The position numbers and the translations under genes were made by a program. Source: Eremomyces bilateralis CBS 781.70 (taxonomy: Eukaryota). From it: a stretch of 64,000 nt of DNA. The number at the start of each line of letters is the position of its first letter. The stretch's first letter is position 1. The stretch lies in assembly GCA_010015585.1 (NCBI GenBank), contig ML975152.1; one strand, written 5' to 3'. This document shows positions 63,052-64,000 of the stretch, piece by piece. The notes below the pieces were generated by a model. The model made no database searches. It had not been told where the DNA came from and saw nothing but the letters and a program-made list of their open reading frames with translations.

Positions 63052-64000
63052 ATGGCTACTCTCGATAGCTCTATGGCCTCACAAGGTCATCCAATTCACA
63101 AAATAAACGACATAATATCTACCTTCCGACCAACCAAAGTCCGTTAGCCGCTCACTTTCCTCTCCTCCATCTCATTGTGCGCCTCGAAGACTGACATCAT
63201 ATAGCGATTCCGACCCGACGACCAGAAAACCTCAGTAACTTCCCTCGATTTCGACGACACGGGCGAACTCGCCATCATTGCCCGGAACGATGACACCCTC
63301 CAAATATACAACTGCAAGGAAGGGAAACATGCCAAAGAACTCAAGTCCCAGAAGTATGGAGTCCACCTTGCACGCTTTACACACCACGCCCAGAGTATCT
63401 TGTACGCCTCAACGAAGGTTGACGATACCATCCGATACCTATCGACCCACGACAACAGCTATATCCGTTACTACAGAGGGCATACTGCGCCGGTTACATG
63501 TATAACGCTGTGTCCGTCGAGCGACACGTTCATGTCATGTTCGCTCGATGACACGGTGCGCCTGTGGTCTTTAAACAGCCAAAACGCCCAAGGGATTCTG
63601 AAGCTCCGCGCCCCCAGTCTCGCTGCCTATGATCCTTCGGCCTCTGTCATTGCCGTCGCGTCGCCCTCATCGCAAACCGTGCTCCTGTACGACCTGAGAA
63701 ACTACGACAAACCACCGTTCGCCAGTTTCGATCTGGGGGGCCTAGAGAGACGGTTATTATCACCGCAGAGCTCTCACCAGAAGTCATTGAGCGACTGGAC
63801 CAAAATCGAGTTCACGAACGACGGTAAGAGTATCCTCGTCGGAACCGCCGGCGCCGGGCATTTCTTAATCGACGCCTTCGACGGCTCCCTCCGCCATTTC
63901 CTCGCCAAAGCCGGCTCGGGCTCCCTCCGCACCCCTCCATCCGCGACCCCTTCCTCATCGGCCAATTCTACCAGCGACGCCCAAGCCCGCCCTGCGCTAG
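63052..64000 (+). CDS. SWD2: COMPASS/CPF WD40 subunit Swd2 (WDR82), truncated by the window edge
   Basis: TFRPTK, intron ~63139-63204, then VTSLDFDDTGE...SQKYGVHLARFTH...DDTIRYLSTHDNSYIRYYRGH...SCSLDDTVRLW. Confidence 0.93.

Overview
A gene-dense, intron-containing window from a filamentous ascomycete (Pezizomycotina-type genes and splice signals). Most of it is housekeeping: PXR1, SEC59, APE2, an OPY1-like PH protein, ALB1, ELG1, UTP8, CDT2, RRP5, MRT4, MDM10, a PHO2/RfeB-type homeobox factor, tRNA-Pro(CGG), BMT6, a MEIOB-like OB-fold gene, INO1, a paxillin-like LIM protein, TIM9, an NADP-dependent ADH and a truncated SWD2. The main accessory feature lies just downstream of MDM10: a HET-NB-ARC-TPR NLR-type immune/cell-death gene enclosed by a pair of ~570-610 bp diverged inverted repeats (about 31431-32000 and 35490-36105), which looks like a non-autonomous long-TIR element carrying an NLR as its only cargo. 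There are also two 317-bp copies of a hAT-type MITE with 8-bp TSDs that differ by a micro-inversion in an internal hairpin, a stop-codon-disrupted pseudogene, and several recurrent promoter motifs. All gene names come from recognising motifs by eye; no database searches or alignments were run, and exon boundaries are manual.
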